Notes under the pieces: generated by a model | Seen by the model: the letters and a program-made list of their open reading frames with translations, nothing else | Databases searched by the model: none | What the model was told of the DNA's origin: nothing | Shown here: in pieces, positions 17,485 to 30,962 of the stretch | Layout of the letters: every line of letters starts with the position of its first letter | Numbering within the stretch: position 1 is the stretch's first letter | Program-made: the position numbers and the translations under genes | From: an uncultured Actinomycetota bacterium | Lineage (GTDB): Bacteria > Actinomycetota > Actinomycetes > Mycobacteriales > Mycobacteriaceae | Direction of reading: 5' to 3' | DNA length: 64,000 nt | NCBI GenBank assembly: GCA_963845595.1 | Contig: CAWJSU010000003.1 | Coordinates: 353,045-417,044 of the forward strand

Positions 17485-18054
17485 TCACCCTACGGTGACC
17501 TCCCCACGAGCATCTGCTCGCGCCGGAGTAAGCCGCTTCGACGGACGTTTCTGCCATCGCCAGCCCGACTGCCACCAGTTGGCCTGGACCGATGCAACGC
17601 GATGACATTGCAGCGCGAGGCCGGACCCGCCAATGACTATGTGATGGCAGCACGCGAACAAATGGAATTCGTCGAGCCGCGTCCGCAATATTGCAAATTT
17701 GACCAGCGGGCCAGTGAACGGCATTGGCGTGCGTTGGATCGACGATACAACGACACGGGCCTCTTGCACGGGATCGGACGAGGAGCTCAGGTCATAGAAG
17801 GCCCGCTCGACATCCGGGTAATCGATGGCGCTTTGGGAAACCTGGCCATCCACCTCAAAGATGGCGGCCCTGACCGGTTCGGCCTCTCGCATCACTCGGC
17901 GGATCGCCCACTCAAGAGCATCACGCTCGACCGTGCCCTCGATTTTCACGAATAGGCCAAGCTGCCACTCCGCGCTTGAGGTACCCGTCTCGTGCGCTAG
18001 CCATATGTCTAGCTGCCCGCGCGTCACCGGTAATGCCCGGTCGCCAAGCTCCAT
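17485..18054 (-). pseudogene. Truncated NRPS N-terminal condensation domain (GPL-type Mps/PstA-like)
   Basis: LPVTRGQLDIWLA, WQLGLFVKIEG, IQRTPMPFTGPL; HHxxxDG motif altered to HHIVIGG; similarity stops ~17575. Confidence 0.8.
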
Positions 18055-18100
18055 CCGACTCCCCCGCCCGATTCAGCCGGTTTACCCCGACTCAGTCGGT

Positions 18101-18331
18101 TTACCGATCAGGCCCCGAGCCCCCCGCCAATCTGTCGCGCAGACTCCTGGGCCGTATATCGGTCCAGTTCTGTTCGATGTAGTCCAGACACGCAGCGCGG
18201 TCCGCTTCGCCGTGAACCACCCGCCAGCCGGATGGCACTTCGGCGAAAGTCGGCCACAGGCTGTGTTGCTCCTCGTCGTTGACCAAGACAAAGAAGTTGC
18301 CGTTGTCGTCATCGAACGGATTGGTAGTCAC
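18101..18331 (-). CDS. mbtH: MbtH-like protein
   Basis: [37 protein letters not shown]. Confidence 0.95.
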   Translation of the reverse strand: MTTNPFDDDNGNFFVLVNDEEQHSLWPTFAEVPSGWRVVHGEADRAACLDYIEQNWTDIRPRSLRDRLAGGSGPDR

Positions 18332-18494
18332 GGATCCCCTCGGCTGGAGTGGTGCGCATCGACCCCAGACTTACCCCGAGGCGGCAACGTTAAACTATCA
18401 GGACCCAACTTCACGATCATGGTGACCGGGATCACGTCTGGATGGGTGACCTGTTGTGCGATGCTGTGCCGGCGCGCGAGCAGTGGGCTAACCC

Positions 18495-19955
18495 CAATAC
18501 CGTTCAGTTAAGGTTACAAGGGTGTAGTTTGTAGGGCATGCCTCGTTCGGGTTGGCGTAAGCCTGAGTCGGATCGTCGGTTGTCGGATTTGGTGTCGGTG
18601 GGGGTGCTGACTCGGGTTTTCCCGGCGGATCTGGTTGATGAGGTGATTGCCGAGGCGGGTCGGACCCAGCAGCGGCATCGGTCGTTGCCGGCGCGGGTGA
18701 TGGCGTATTTCGCGATCGGGATGGGTTTGTATGGGGAGGGTTCGTATGAGGATGTGCTGGCGCAGTTGACCGATGGTCTCGCGTGGGCGTCGGGGTGGCG
18801 TGAGCAGTACCGGCTACCGGGTAAGTCGGCGATTTTTCAGGCCCGGGAACGGTTGGGGTCGGCGCCGCTGGAAGGGCTGTTCGCGCGGGTCGCTGCACCG
18901 TTGGGTGGACCCGAGACTGCCGGGGTGTGGTCGGCCGGGCGGCGCCTGGTCGCCATTGATGGCACGTGCCTGGACGTGGCGGACACGCCGGCCAATGCTG
19001 GGCACTTCGGGCGACCCGGGGTGAACAAGGGGGAGAAAGCGGCTTTTCCGCAGGCCCGGTTGGTGGCGCTGGCCGAGTGCGGCACGCACGCGGTGTTCGC
19101 GGCGAAGATCGGGGTGTATCGGGATGGCGAAGCGGTTCTGGCCGAGTCGCTGCTGGAGTCGCTTGACCACCGGCATGCTGTTGCTGGCCGATCGTGGGTT
19201 CTTCTCGTATGCGTTGTGGCGCAAGGCCTGTGCTACCGGTGCCGACTTGTTGTGGCGGGTTCGTGTGGACGGGCGCGGAGCACCCGGACCGGTGCATGTG
19301 CAAGATCTTGGCGACGGGTCGTGGCTGGCCCATCTGCGCCAAACCAACGACCATGTCAATGAGCCGATGCTGGCGCGGGTTATCGACTACACCCTCGACG
19401 ACGGACGCGGCAATCCCACCGTCTACCGGTTGTTTACCACCTTGCTCGACCCGCTCGAAGCACCCGCGGTCGAACTCGCCGGCGCCTACACCCAGCGCTG
19501 GGAGATCGAGAGCGTCTTCGATGAACTCAAAACCCATCAACGCGGCCCGCGGGTGGTACTGCGCTCAAAGTCTCCCGACCTGGTCCTGCAGGAGATTTGG
19601 GGACATCTGTGCTGCCACTACGCGATCCGCTCGTGATGGCACAAGCCGCACAGCACGCCGGGCATGATCCCGACCGGGTCAGCTTCATCGCAACACTGCG
19701 CATCGTGCGCCAATCCGTCGCCCAGCAGGGCGCTTTCCCCCCCTGAGCGCCCCGGCACCGCCCAGGCACACTGGCGGGCCGTGCTGCGCCGCATCCTTGA
19801 CCGACTCAACCCGGTCAGACGACCACGATCGGCACCCCGCGTGATCAAACGCAAAATGGGGAAATGGCACGTCAAACGTGCCGCCCACGCCCACTGGCCC
19901 CAACCCGCGCATCCACCCCACGCGACAATCCGCCCACCTTAACTGAACGGTATTG
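18495..19955 (+). mobile_element. IS4-family insertion sequence (1461 bp)
   Basis: Perfect 19-bp TIRs CAATACCGTTCAGTTAAGG (18495-18513, 19937-19955); 10-bp target duplication GGGCTAACCC at 18485-18494 and 19956-19965. Confidence 0.93.
18538..19942 (+). pseudogene. IS4-family transposase with three frameshifts
   Basis: LSDLVSVGVLTRVFP, AIDGT, LADRGF, YxxRWEIE, RVIKRK pieces lie in different frames; shifts near 19162, 19634 and the C7 tract at 19737-19743. Confidence 0.85.
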
Positions 19956-19958
19956 GGG

Positions 19959-20948
19959 CTAACCCCGGTGATACACCGCCGGCAGCGGCATCCCGAGCTC
20001 GGCCATTACGCTGCGCAGCAGCGTCGGATAGTCGGTGATGACGCCGTCGACGCCATCGTCAATCTGCTCGCGCATGGCGGCGGCGTCGTTGACGGTCCAC
20101 GGAATCACCTTGAGCCCCAACGAATGCGCATGGTCGACATAGGGCTTGCCGGTGACCAGCTGGTACCTGGGCGAGACCATGTTGGCACCCACCATCAGCG
20201 CCCCGATCATCGGATCGCCGATGGCGGCGGCGTTCTCACCGTTCAGCCACGGCGAATCCGGAGCCCATGTCTCCTCGTTGTACAAGGCTACCAACGGAAT
20301 CGACGGCTCGGCCTGGTGCACCATGGGCAGTGTTCGCCAGTCGAAGCTCTGAATCTCCACCCGGTCGACCTTCCCCGCCGACCTCACCGCGGCCAGTATC
20401 ACGTCGACGAATTCCTGCGGCTCCGCGGATGCACCCGGGTGATCGGCCTCCACCTTGGTTTCGACGTTGTAGCGCACCCCGGTCCCGTACGAAGCCCCAT
20501 ACGAATCGGCCAGCGCAAAGACTTCCGGCAGCGTCGCTATCTTGTTGCCCCGCACCACTTCAGCCCGCGGAAACTCGTCGAGCTGCCGTCCGCAGTCAAG
20601 TGTGCGGATCTGCACCACGGTCAGCTCGTGCACCAGTTTTCCGACGTACGGATACTGCGGGTCACTGGCGAACGCCGGCCCGGTGTCGGCACATTTCTCG
20701 GCCTGGATTGTCGGGTCGTGCCACACTAAGGGCTGCCCGTCCTTGCTGATGCTGATGTCGAGTTCGAGTGTGCTGACCCCTAATTGGAGCGCTTTGGCGA
20801 ATGCCCGCAGCGACTCCTCAGTCGTCTCGCCGCGACCACCGCGGTGGGCCTGCAGGTCAAAGCCGGAAGGTTGCGCGGACACCGTGGGCAACGGCGCGAC
20901 AAACGCAACCACTATCGTCAGCAGGGCGGCGACCAGACGGGCGGTCAA
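19959..20948 (-). CDS. glpQ: Glycerophosphodiester phosphodiesterase with signal peptide
   Basis: DLQAHRGGRG, ELDI, HD, NVETK, IQSFDW, PWTVN, GVDGVITDYP. Confidence 0.92.
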   Translation of the reverse strand: MTARLVAALLTIVVAFVAPLPTVSAQPSGFDLQAHRGGRGETTEESLRAFAKALQLGVSTLELDISISKDGQPLVWHDPTIQAEKCADTGPAFASDPQYPYVGKLVHELTVVQIRTLDCGRQLDEFPRAEVVRGNKIATLPEVFALADSYGASYGTGVRYNVETKVEADHPGASAEPQEFVDVILAAVRSAGKVDRVEIQSFDWRTLPMVHQAEPSIPLVALYNEETWAPDSPWLNGENAAAIGDPMIGALMVGANMVSPRYQLVTGKPYVDHAHSLGLKVIPWTVNDAAAMREQIDDGVDGVITDYPTLLRSVMAELGMPLPAVYHRG

Positions 20949-20953
20949 TCGCG

Positions 20954-21883
20954 TTAACTCCTGCGCTGACGGGCGATTTCGGCGAGCACTACCCCCGCGG
21001 CCACCGAGGCATTCAGCGATTCGGCATTGCCGGCCATCGGAATCGACACCACCTCATCGCAATTCTGCCGCACCAGCCGAGACAGGCCCTTGCCTTCCGA
21101 GCCGACGACCAGCACCAGCGGATCACTGCCGTCCAAGTAGTCGATCACGGTGTCACCGCCGGCGTCCAACCCGATCACCCGCAGCCCGTGATCGGCCCAA
21201 TCCTTAAGTGCCCTAGTAAGGTTGGTTGCTCGCGCCACCGGGATACGGGCCGCCGCGCCGGCGCTGGTACGCCAGGCCACCGCCGTGACTGAGGCCGAAC
21301 GCCGCTGCGGGATCATCACACCGTGACCGCCGAATGCGGCCACCGAACGCACGATCGCGCCGAGGTTGCGGGGGTCGGAGATGTTGTCCAGCGCGACCAA
21401 CAGCGCCGGTGGCGAGTCGGTAGCGGCCGCCAGCAGATCATCGGGGTGCGCGTAGTTGTATGGCGGCACCTGCAATGCGATGCCCTGGTGCAGGTGGTTG
21501 GCGGTCATCCGGTCCAGATCGGTACGCGGCACCTCAAGGATCGCGATACCTAAATCGGCTGCGCGGGAAACGGATTCGGTGAGTCGTTCGTCGGCTTCGG
21601 TACCGAGTGCGACGTAGAGAGCGGTCGCCGGGACGCCGGCGCGCAGGCATTCCAGCACCGGGTTGCGCCCGAGCACCGATTCGGTCTCATCGGTACGCCT
21701 GGCCGGCCGGCGTGGCGGGGGCTGGGTGCGTTTGGCAGCGGGATGGTTGGGACGCATGCGCGCGGGCGGCGTGGGACCGCGTCCCTCCAACGCGCGGCGA
21801 CGCTGGCCCCCCGAGCCGACGACTGGGCCCTTCTTCGTGCCGGATTTGCGTACCGCCCCCTTACGACGGGAGTTTCCGGCCAT
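20954..21883 (-). CDS. rlmB: 23S rRNA Gm2251 methyltransferase (Rv3579c orthologue)
   Basis: [34 protein letters not shown] motifs. Confidence 0.95.
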   Translation of the reverse strand: MAGNSRRKGAVRKSGTKKGPVVGSGGQRRRALEGRGPTPPARMRPNHPAAKRTQPPPRRPARRTDETESVLGRNPVLECLRAGVPATALYVALGTEADERLTESVSRAADLGIAILEVPRTDLDRMTANHLHQGIALQVPPYNYAHPDDLLAAATDSPPALLVALDNISDPRNLGAIVRSVAAFGGHGVMIPQRRSASVTAVAWRTSAGAAARIPVARATNLTRALKDWADHGLRVIGLDAGGDTVIDYLDGSDPLVLVVGSEGKGLSRLVRQNCDEVVSIPMAGNAESLNASVAAGVVLAEIARQRRS

Positions 21884-23293
21884 CTACTTGCTGTCGCCGG
21901 CCTGCAACGACCACTGCGGCCCGTCGGCGGTATCGGTGACCTCGATTCCGGCCTGTTTCAGTCGATCCCGGATCTCGTCGGCGAGCGCCCAGTTGCGTTG
22001 CTCGCGCGCCCTCTCCCGATTTTCGATCTCGGCCGCTACCAACACGTCGACGGCCGCCAGGGCGGCCGATGTCTCGTCGCGGGATTCCCAGCGCTCGTCG
22101 AGCGGGTCGCAGCCCAGGATGCCCATCATCGCCCGGATGGCGCCGGCATGCCGCAAAGCACCCTCATGGTCGCCGACGTCGAGTGCCCGGTTCCCCTCGG
22201 CGCGAGCATGATGCACCTCGGCCAGCGCGATCGGTACCGCCAGGTCGTCGTCGAGCGCTTCGGCGAACCGCGGGGTCCACTCGCCCGAACCGACGGCACC
22301 GGCCCGGCTGCGAACGCGATGCAGGAAATCCTCCACTCCGACATAGGCTTTCACCGCGTCCTGTAGCGCGGTCTCGGAGAATTCCAGCATCGACCGGTAA
22401 TGCGCGCTGCCCAGGTAGTAGCGCAGTTCGGCCGGCCGGACCCGCTGCAACATCGCCGGTATGGCCAACACATTGCCCAGCGACTTGCTCATCTTCTCCC
22501 CGCCCATCGTCACCCAGCCGTTGTGCAGCCAGTAGCGCGCGAACCCATCGCCGGCGGCGCGGCTCTGCGCGATTTCATTCTCGTGGTGCGGGAATACTAA
22601 ATCCATTCCACCGCAATGGATGTCAAATTCCGGCCCCAAATAGGTGTGGGCCATTGCCGAGCATTCCAGGTGCCAGCCCGGACGCCCGCGCCCCCACGGC
22701 GAGGGCCAGGACGGTTCGCCGGGCTTTTCGCCCTTCCAGAGTGTGAAGTCGCGCTGGTCACGCTTGCCGGTCGCCACACCCTCGCCCTGGTGGACGTCGT
22801 CGATCTTGTGTCCGGACAGCTGACCGTACTCCGGGTAGCTGAGCACGTCGAAGTAGACGTCACCGGCGGCGGCATACGCGTGGCCAGTTTCGATCAGGCG
22901 TTCCATTAATTCGACCATCTGGGTGATGTGCCCGGTGGCGCGCGGCTCCGCCGACGGCGGCAAGACGTCCAACGCGTCGTACGCCGCGGTGAACGCGCGC
23001 TCGTAGGTGGCCGCCCACTCCCACCACGGCCGACCGGCCGCGGCGGCCTTGTTGAGGATCTTGTCTTCGATATCGGTCACGTTGCGGATGAACGCGACGT
23101 CAAACCCGCGTGCGGCCAGCCAGCGGCGCAGGATGTCGAAGGCCACCCCACTGCGGACATGCCCGATATGCGGCTGGCCCTGAACGGTGGCGCCACACAA
23201 GTAGATGGAAACGTGCCCGGGCCGCAGCGGAACGAAATCACGCACGGCACCGGCCGCCGTGTCGTGTAGCCGCAAGCGGGCACTGTCGGTCAC
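21884..23293 (-). CDS. cysS: Cysteinyl-tRNA synthetase
   Basis: [29 protein letters not shown]; GTG start at 23293. Confidence 0.97.
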   Translation of the reverse strand: MTDSARLRLHDTAAGAVRDFVPLRPGHVSIYLCGATVQGQPHIGHVRSGVAFDILRRWLAARGFDVAFIRNVTDIEDKILNKAAAAGRPWWEWAATYERAFTAAYDALDVLPPSAEPRATGHITQMVELMERLIETGHAYAAAGDVYFDVLSYPEYGQLSGHKIDDVHQGEGVATGKRDQRDFTLWKGEKPGEPSWPSPWGRGRPGWHLECSAMAHTYLGPEFDIHCGGMDLVFPHHENEIAQSRAAGDGFARYWLHNGWVTMGGEKMSKSLGNVLAIPAMLQRVRPAELRYYLGSAHYRSMLEFSETALQDAVKAYVGVEDFLHRVRSRAGAVGSGEWTPRFAEALDDDLAVPIALAEVHHARAEGNRALDVGDHEGALRHAGAIRAMMGILGCDPLDERWESRDETSAALAAVDVLVAAEIENRERAREQRNWALADEIRDRLKQAGIEVTDTADGPQWSLQAGDSK

Positions 23294-23354
23294 GGCGTGC
23301 CAGCTTACCTGCTGGTTCCGGATTGCCCGGCCGCCGCGCGCCGCTCGGTGACGG

Positions 23355-23830
23355 TTACCCGGCGTGGACCACCAGGGCCGTCGCGATGGCGGCCAAACCC
23401 TCGCCACGTCCGGTCAGGCCAAGCCCATCGGTAGTGGTGGCAGACACCGATACCGGCGCCCGCAGCAGGCCGGACAGCACCTGCTGCGCCTCGGCGCGGC
23501 GCGGGCCGACCTTCGGCCGGTTCCCGATCACCTGCACCGCCGCGTTACCGACCCGGTAGCCGTGCAGCGATATCACGTCAACGACCTTGCGCAGCATGTC
23601 GGCACCGGTGATGCCTTGGTAAACCGGATCATCGACCCCGAACACGCTGCCGATGTCGCCCTGCCCCGCGGCCGACAACACGGCGTCGCACAACGCGTGG
23701 ACCCCCACGTCGCCGTCGGAGTGTCCGGCGCAGCCGTCCGCGTCGCCGAACAGCAGCCCCAGCAGCCAGCAAGGCCGTCCGGGTTCAATCGGGTGCACAT
23801 CGACACCCAAACCGACCCTGGGCAACTCGT

Positions 23831-23834
<4 letters not shown>
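23355..23834 (-). CDS. ispF: 2-C-methyl-D-erythritol 2,4-cyclodiphosphate synthase
   Basis: GLGVDVH, GHSDGDV..HA..DA, GDIG, TTDGLG. Confidence 0.96.
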
Positions 23835-25032
<1,198 letters not shown>

Positions 25033-25374
25033 TCATCCTAACACGGGGGGCAAACACGTGCGCAGCAACGGTGCAGGTCAGGGGCACAACGCGGACCAAT
25101 TGGGGGTTGACAGGCGGCGCAATACGTGCAAGGGACCCCGGCCTAGACGAGGCCTCGACGACCGTGCTCGGCCGTTTGAGCAGGATTAGCTCAGGCTTAG
25201 CAGAGGCTCAGAGGAGGCTCAGCGCAAGCCCCGGGGACCTGCTCCGCTGGTCTTGCGCCCTCGACTACTGTCTACCGCCGGCAGCACGTTCCTACTACTC
25301 TGCATAGTTGAATCGCCGCGTAGTTGAAGTCCTGATGCCCGTTCCTTAGATCAGCAGCCAGCAGGAGGCATTGA

Positions 25375-25899
25375 GTGAACCGCTTCAAGATCCGCCTCGG
25401 CTTGGTTGGCCTGCTGGTGATGGCGCTCAGCGGTTGCGGAGCCGGTCAGATCTCGCAGATGGCGACTCAGGAGCCGGCCGTCAACGGGAACAAGGTCACG
25501 TTCAACAACGTGGCGCTGCGCGATATCCGCATCCAAGCCTCGCAGAACGGCGATTTCGTACAGCCGGGCCGAACGGTCGACCTAGTGGCGGTGGCCATCA
25601 ACCAGTCGCCGGATATCGCGGACAGACTGGTATCGATCAGCAGCGACATCGGCACGGTGAACATCGGCGGCGATGCGCGGCTGCCCGCGAGTGGAATGCT
25701 GTTCATCGGTACTCCCGAAGGCGCAAAAGTAGCGCCGGGCCCGGTCGGGTCAAGCACCGCGGCGAAGGCGACCATCACGTTGGCCAAGCCCATCTCAAAC
25801 GGGCTGACCTACAACTTCACCTTCAACTTCGAGAAGGCCGGGCAGGCCACCGTGATGGTGCCGATTTCGGCCGGGATAGCCCCCGAACAACACGCATAG
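25375..25899 (+). CDS. lpqE: Lipoprotein LpqE
   Basis: Lipobox [27 protein letters not shown]; synteny. Confidence 0.9.
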   Translation: MNRFKIRLGLVGLLVMALSGCGAGQISQMATQEPAVNGNKVTFNNVALRDIRIQASQNGDFVQPGRTVDLVAVAINQSPDIADRLVSISSDIGTVNIGGDARLPASGMLFIGTPEGAKVAPGPVGSSTAAKATITLAKPISNGLTYNFTFNFEKAGQATVMVPISAGIAPEQHA

Positions 25900-25957
25900 C
25901 CGCCTTCCACCAGCGTGGGACGCCGGGCTTGTCGCACCGGCCCGATACGGTCACATC

Positions 25958-27376
25958 GTGGCCAACGCGCGTTCGCAGTACCGCTGCTCGCAGTGCAGCC
26001 ATCTCACCGCCAAATGGGTGGGACGCTGCCTGGAGTGCGGCACCTGGGGCACCGTTGACGAGGTGACGGTGCTCAGTGCGGTCGGTGGCCGTCGCTGCGC
26101 AAATCGGTCGCCAAATCCGGCTGCGCGGGCGGTTCCGCTCAGTTCCATCGAGCCGAACCTCAGCCGGCACCGTTCGACGGGCATCGATGAACTGGACCGG
26201 GTGCTGGGCGGCGGAGTGGTACCCGGTTCGGTGACGCTGCTGGCGGGCGACCCCGGCGTCGGCAAGTCGACGCTGCTGCTCAAGGTCGCCCACCGCTGGG
26301 CGCAATCCGGGCGGCGCGTGTTGTACATCTCCGGCGAGGAGTCCGCCGGACAGATCCGGCTGCGGGCGGACCGAACCGGCTGCGGCGGTGACGAGGTCTA
26401 CCTGGCCGCCGAATCCGACGTGCACACGGTGCTGGATCACATTGCGACGGTCCGGCCCGCCTTGGTCATCGTGGACTCGGTGCAGACCATGTCCATCACC
26501 GAGGCCGACGGGGTCGCCGGCGGCGTCACGCAGGTGCGCGCGGTAACGGCCACGCTCACCGCCGCCGCGAAGGCCGACGACGTTGCGCTGATTCTGGTTG
26601 GGCATGTCACCAAGGACGGGGCCATCGCCGGACCGCGCTCGCTCGAGCACCTGGTGGACGTGGTGCTGCATTTCGAAGGCGACCGCAACGGCGCGCTGCG
26701 GATGGTCCGCGGGATCAAGAATCGCTTCGGCGCTGCCGACGAGGTCGGGTGTTTCCTCCTGCACGACAACGGAATCGACGGTGTCGCCGACCCGTCGCAC
26801 CTCTTCTTGGATCAGCGGCCAGCACCCGTGGCCGGTACCGCGATCACCGTCACGCTGGACGGAAAGCGACCGCTCATCGGTGAAGTCCAGGCATTGCTGG
26901 CCACACCGACCGGTGGCTCGCCGCGCCGCGCGGTCAGCGGGATCGACCATGCCCGGGCCGCGATGATCACCGCCGTGCTGGAAAAACACGCCAGGCTCAA
27001 CATCGCCGTCAACGACATCTACCTGTCCACCGTGGGCGGCATGCGGTTGACCGATCCGTCGTCGGACCTCGCGGTCGCGGTCGCGCTGGCCTCGGCGTAC
27101 GCGAACCTGCCGCTGCCCACCACGGCGGTGATGATCGGCGAGGTCGGACTGGCGGGCGATCTGCGGCGGGTCCACGGCATGGAAAGGCGCCTGACCGAAG
27201 CCGCCCGGCAGGGGTTCACCATCGCGCTGATCCCGCCGGGCTGTGAGGCGATACCGCAGGGCCTGCACGCGCTGAGCGCACCCACCGTCATCGCCGCGTT
27301 GGAGCACATGATCGACATCGCGGACCACCGCAGCGCGGCCCAACCAACACCGCATCGGCTGGACCCGTCTTCGTAA
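25958..27376 (+). CDS. radA: DNA repair protein RadA/Sms
   Basis: Zn finger CSQC...[23 protein letters not shown]. Confidence 0.97.
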   Translation: MANARSQYRCSQCSHLTAKWVGRCLECGTWGTVDEVTVLSAVGGRRCANRSPNPAARAVPLSSIEPNLSRHRSTGIDELDRVLGGGVVPGSVTLLAGDPGVGKSTLLLKVAHRWAQSGRRVLYISGEESAGQIRLRADRTGCGGDEVYLAAESDVHTVLDHIATVRPALVIVDSVQTMSITEADGVAGGVTQVRAVTATLTAAAKADDVALILVGHVTKDGAIAGPRSLEHLVDVVLHFEGDRNGALRMVRGIKNRFGAADEVGCFLLHDNGIDGVADPSHLFLDQRPAPVAGTAITVTLDGKRPLIGEVQALLATPTGGSPRRAVSGIDHARAAMITAVLEKHARLNIAVNDIYLSTVGGMRLTDPSSDLAVAVALASAYANLPLPTTAVMIGEVGLAGDLRRVHGMERRLTEAARQGFTIALIPPGCEAIPQGLHALSAPTVIAALEHMIDIADHRSAAQPTPHRLDPSS

Positions 27377-27399
27377 GCAACTGGCGCGTAGCAGAATGA

Positions 27400-28473
<1,074 letters not shown>

Positions 28474-28504
28474 ATGCGGGTCGCCGCCAATCAGGACTAA
28501 ACCG

Positions 28505-29308
28505 CTAGCCCCCGGGGGCTTGAGCCGGCGGCGCCTCGGGCGGGGCCGGGGCTGCCGACGCACCCGGCGCGCCCACTGGCCCCGGCGGCGATGGCGGCTG
28601 ATTCATGATGAACGGGACCGGGAACGAGCGCAGGTTGCCCAATTGCACGACCAGGTTGTACGTGCCGGCCCCGATCGCCGGCCTCGGCAGCGGGCAGTGC
28701 GGCGACGACCCCATCCCGGTCCAGGTCACCGCGGTGGTCACCTGCTCGCCCGGCGTAAAGGTCTTGACCAGGGTCTCGTTGGATGGGGCGCAGTCCAGGT
28801 TGGACCACAGCCGCTTGTTGTCCAGCGAGTAGACGTAGGCCGCCAGGACCGCCGCTCCGACGTCACGCTTGCAGGACACCAACCCGATATTGGTGACCAC
28901 CATGGTGAATTTCGGCTGGTCACCGATGAAGTACTGAGGCGCGTTGGTCAAGCCCTTGACGGCCAGCGTCGAATCCGGGCAGTCATCGCCCTCCTTGAGC
29001 ACCGGCGGTGGTTGCACCGCGGCGGTGGGTGTGGGGCTTTCCGGGTTTGGTCCCTGGGTGGGCACCACCGTGGGATTGCCCTCCGGCGCGGGTGAGGCCG
29101 ACGCCTGGGGCGGCGGCGCGGCCGGCTGGCTTTGAGCGGAGCCCGGCTTCGCGGCATTGGCCGGTTTGGCACCGGCGCTGCCGCCGACGAAGGCGACGAC
29201 CGCCGCGGCCGCAATCCCGACTACGACGACCACGATGCCCGCGGCCAGTCCCCTGCGCCGCCAGTAGATCTCCGTGGGTAGCGGGCCACGCGGTTCCAGA
29301 TCCAGCAC
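28505..29308 (-). CDS. Conserved membrane protein (Rv3587c orthologue)
   Basis: LDLEPRGPLPTEIYWRRR, TM helix, Pro-rich linker, NLDCAP. Confidence 0.9.
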   Translation of the reverse strand: MLDLEPRGPLPTEIYWRRRGLAAGIVVVVVGIAAAAVVAFVGGSAGAKPANAAKPGSAQSQPAAPPPQASASPAPEGNPTVVPTQGPNPESPTPTAAVQPPPVLKEGDDCPDSTLAVKGLTNAPQYFIGDQPKFTMVVTNIGLVSCKRDVGAAVLAAYVYSLDNKRLWSNLDCAPSNETLVKTFTPGEQVTTAVTWTGMGSSPHCPLPRPAIGAGTYNLVVQLGNLRSFPVPFIMNQPPSPPGPVGAPGASAAPAPPEAPPAQAPGG

Positions 29309-29402
29309 ATTCACACCGTAGGCCCAGGTCACGCCAACTTGACTGACCCGCGTCGGCGTGTCGCGTGGTTAGCTGGCCAACCGCCGTGTTAATTACTCCC
29401 CG

Positions 29403-30023
29403 CTATTCCTCACCGATGTCGCCGATGTGGTCGACCAGCACGGCCCGCCCCTCGGCGAGCTGGTAGGTGGCGCCGGCAAGCGCCAGGGTCCCCGCGTTCA
29501 CCCGCTCCGCGATGGCCGAGGACCGCGACACGAGTTGACGCAGCGTCTCGCTCACGTGCCGTTCTTCGAACTCGTCGACGCGGCTCAGGCCGTCGCGCCG
29601 GCCCGCCAGGATCGACGGGGTGACGCGTTCCACCACGTCACGCACGAAACCGCCCGGTATCGCGCCCTCGTCGATCGCGCTGATGGTGGCCTTGACGGCG
29701 CCGCAGCTGCTGTGACCGAGGACCAGGATAAGCGGCACGTTGAGCACCGTCACCGCGTACTCGATGGAGCCCAGCACCGCCGAATCGATGGTCTGCCCGG
29801 CGGTGCGAACCACGAACACGTCACCCAGGCCCTGATCGAAGATGAGCTCGGCGGCCACCCGGCTGTCGGCGCACCCGAAGATGACCGCGGTCGGCTTCTG
29901 GCCGGCGGCCAGGCTGGCCCGATGCTCGACGCTCTGGCTGGGATGCGCGGGCTGGCCGGCGACGAATCGCTCGTTACCCTCTTTGAGTGCTTTCCAAGCA
30001 GTTACCGGAGTGGTGTTGGGCAT
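29403..30023 (-). CDS. canB: Beta-carbonic anhydrase (Rv3588c)
   Basis: CADSRV, VVRTAG, LGHSSCGA; ATG 30023. Confidence 0.95.
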   Translation of the reverse strand: MPNTTPVTAWKALKEGNERFVAGQPAHPSQSVEHRASLAAGQKPTAVIFGCADSRVAAELIFDQGLGDVFVVRTAGQTIDSAVLGSIEYAVTVLNVPLILVLGHSSCGAVKATISAIDEGAIPGGFVRDVVERVTPSILAGRRDGLSRVDEFEERHVSETLRQLVSRSSAIAERVNAGTLALAGATYQLAEGRAVLVDHIGDIGEE

Positions 30024-30063
30024 GGCACACATTCTGCTGTGCCGCGGTGGCCTGTGACTAGAC

Positions 30064-30957
30064 ATGCCTAGCCCGCCCCCAATCCCGGCAAATGAACTTC
30101 TGGCGTGGTACGAACGCTCGCGGCGTGACCTGCCCTGGCGGGAACCCGGCGTGAGCGCATGGCAGATCCTGGTCAGCGAGTTCATGCTGCAGCAGACGCC
30201 GGTGGCCCGGGTGCTGTCGATCTGGCCGGAGTGGGTGCGCCGCTGGCCTACTCCGTCGGCAACGGCCGCGGCCAGTGCCGCCGATGTGCTGCGGGCCTGG
30301 GGCAAGCTCGGCTATCCAAGGCGCGCCAAGCGCTTGCACGAGTGCGCCACCGTCATCGCCCGTGACCATGCCGATGTGGTTCCCGACGATATCGAGATCC
30401 TGGTCACGCTGCCGGGAGTCGGCAGTTACACCGCGCGAGCGGTGGCGTGCTTCGCCTACCGCAAGCCGGTACCGGTGGTGGACACCAATGTGCGCCGGGT
30501 GGTGGCCCGCGCCGTGCACGGCCGGGCCGACGCCGGTGCGCCGTCCGCGGCGCGCGACCACGCCGACGTGTCGGCACTGTTGCCGAGCGATCCTAACGAT
30601 CAAGTGGCGCCACAATTTTCGGTGGCGCTGATGGAGTTGGGCGCAACGGTATGTACCGCGCGCTCGCCGCGGTGCGGGTTGTGTCCGCTCGGCGACTGTG
30701 CGTGGCGCCATGCCGGTTATCCCGCCGCGCAGGGTCCGGCGCGGCGCGCTGCGACCTACGCCGGGACCGACCGTCAGGTCCGGGGTCGGTTGTTGGACGT
30801 GTTGCGCGCCAACGACTCTCCGGTCACCCGGGCGCAGCTGGACGTGGCGTGGCTGACCGATACCCAGCAGCGCGACCGGGCGCTGGATTCGTTGCTGGCC
30901 GACGGTCTGGTGACGCGGACTCTCGATGGCCGGTTCGCGTTGGCAGGCGAGGAATAA
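30064..30957 (+). CDS. mutY: A/G-specific adenine glycosylase
   Basis: RDLPWR, SEFMLQQT, LPGVGSYTA, VDTNV, Fe-[13 protein letters not shown]. Confidence 0.96.
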   Translation: MPSPPPIPANELLAWYERSRRDLPWREPGVSAWQILVSEFMLQQTPVARVLSIWPEWVRRWPTPSATAAASAADVLRAWGKLGYPRRAKRLHECATVIARDHADVVPDDIEILVTLPGVGSYTARAVACFAYRKPVPVVDTNVRRVVARAVHGRADAGAPSAARDHADVSALLPSDPNDQVAPQFSVALMELGATVCTARSPRCGLCPLGDCAWRHAGYPAAQGPARRAATYAGTDRQVRGRLLDVLRANDSPVTRAQLDVAWLTDTQQRDRALDSLLADGLVTRTLDGRFALAGEE

Positions 30958-30962
30958 CGGCT

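Noticed and set aside
19732-19746. Programmed -1 frameshift at the transposase TTTCCCCCCCTGA site
   Set aside because: The downstream frame needs a +1 shift and C6 would be in frame, so a homopolymer indel is simpler
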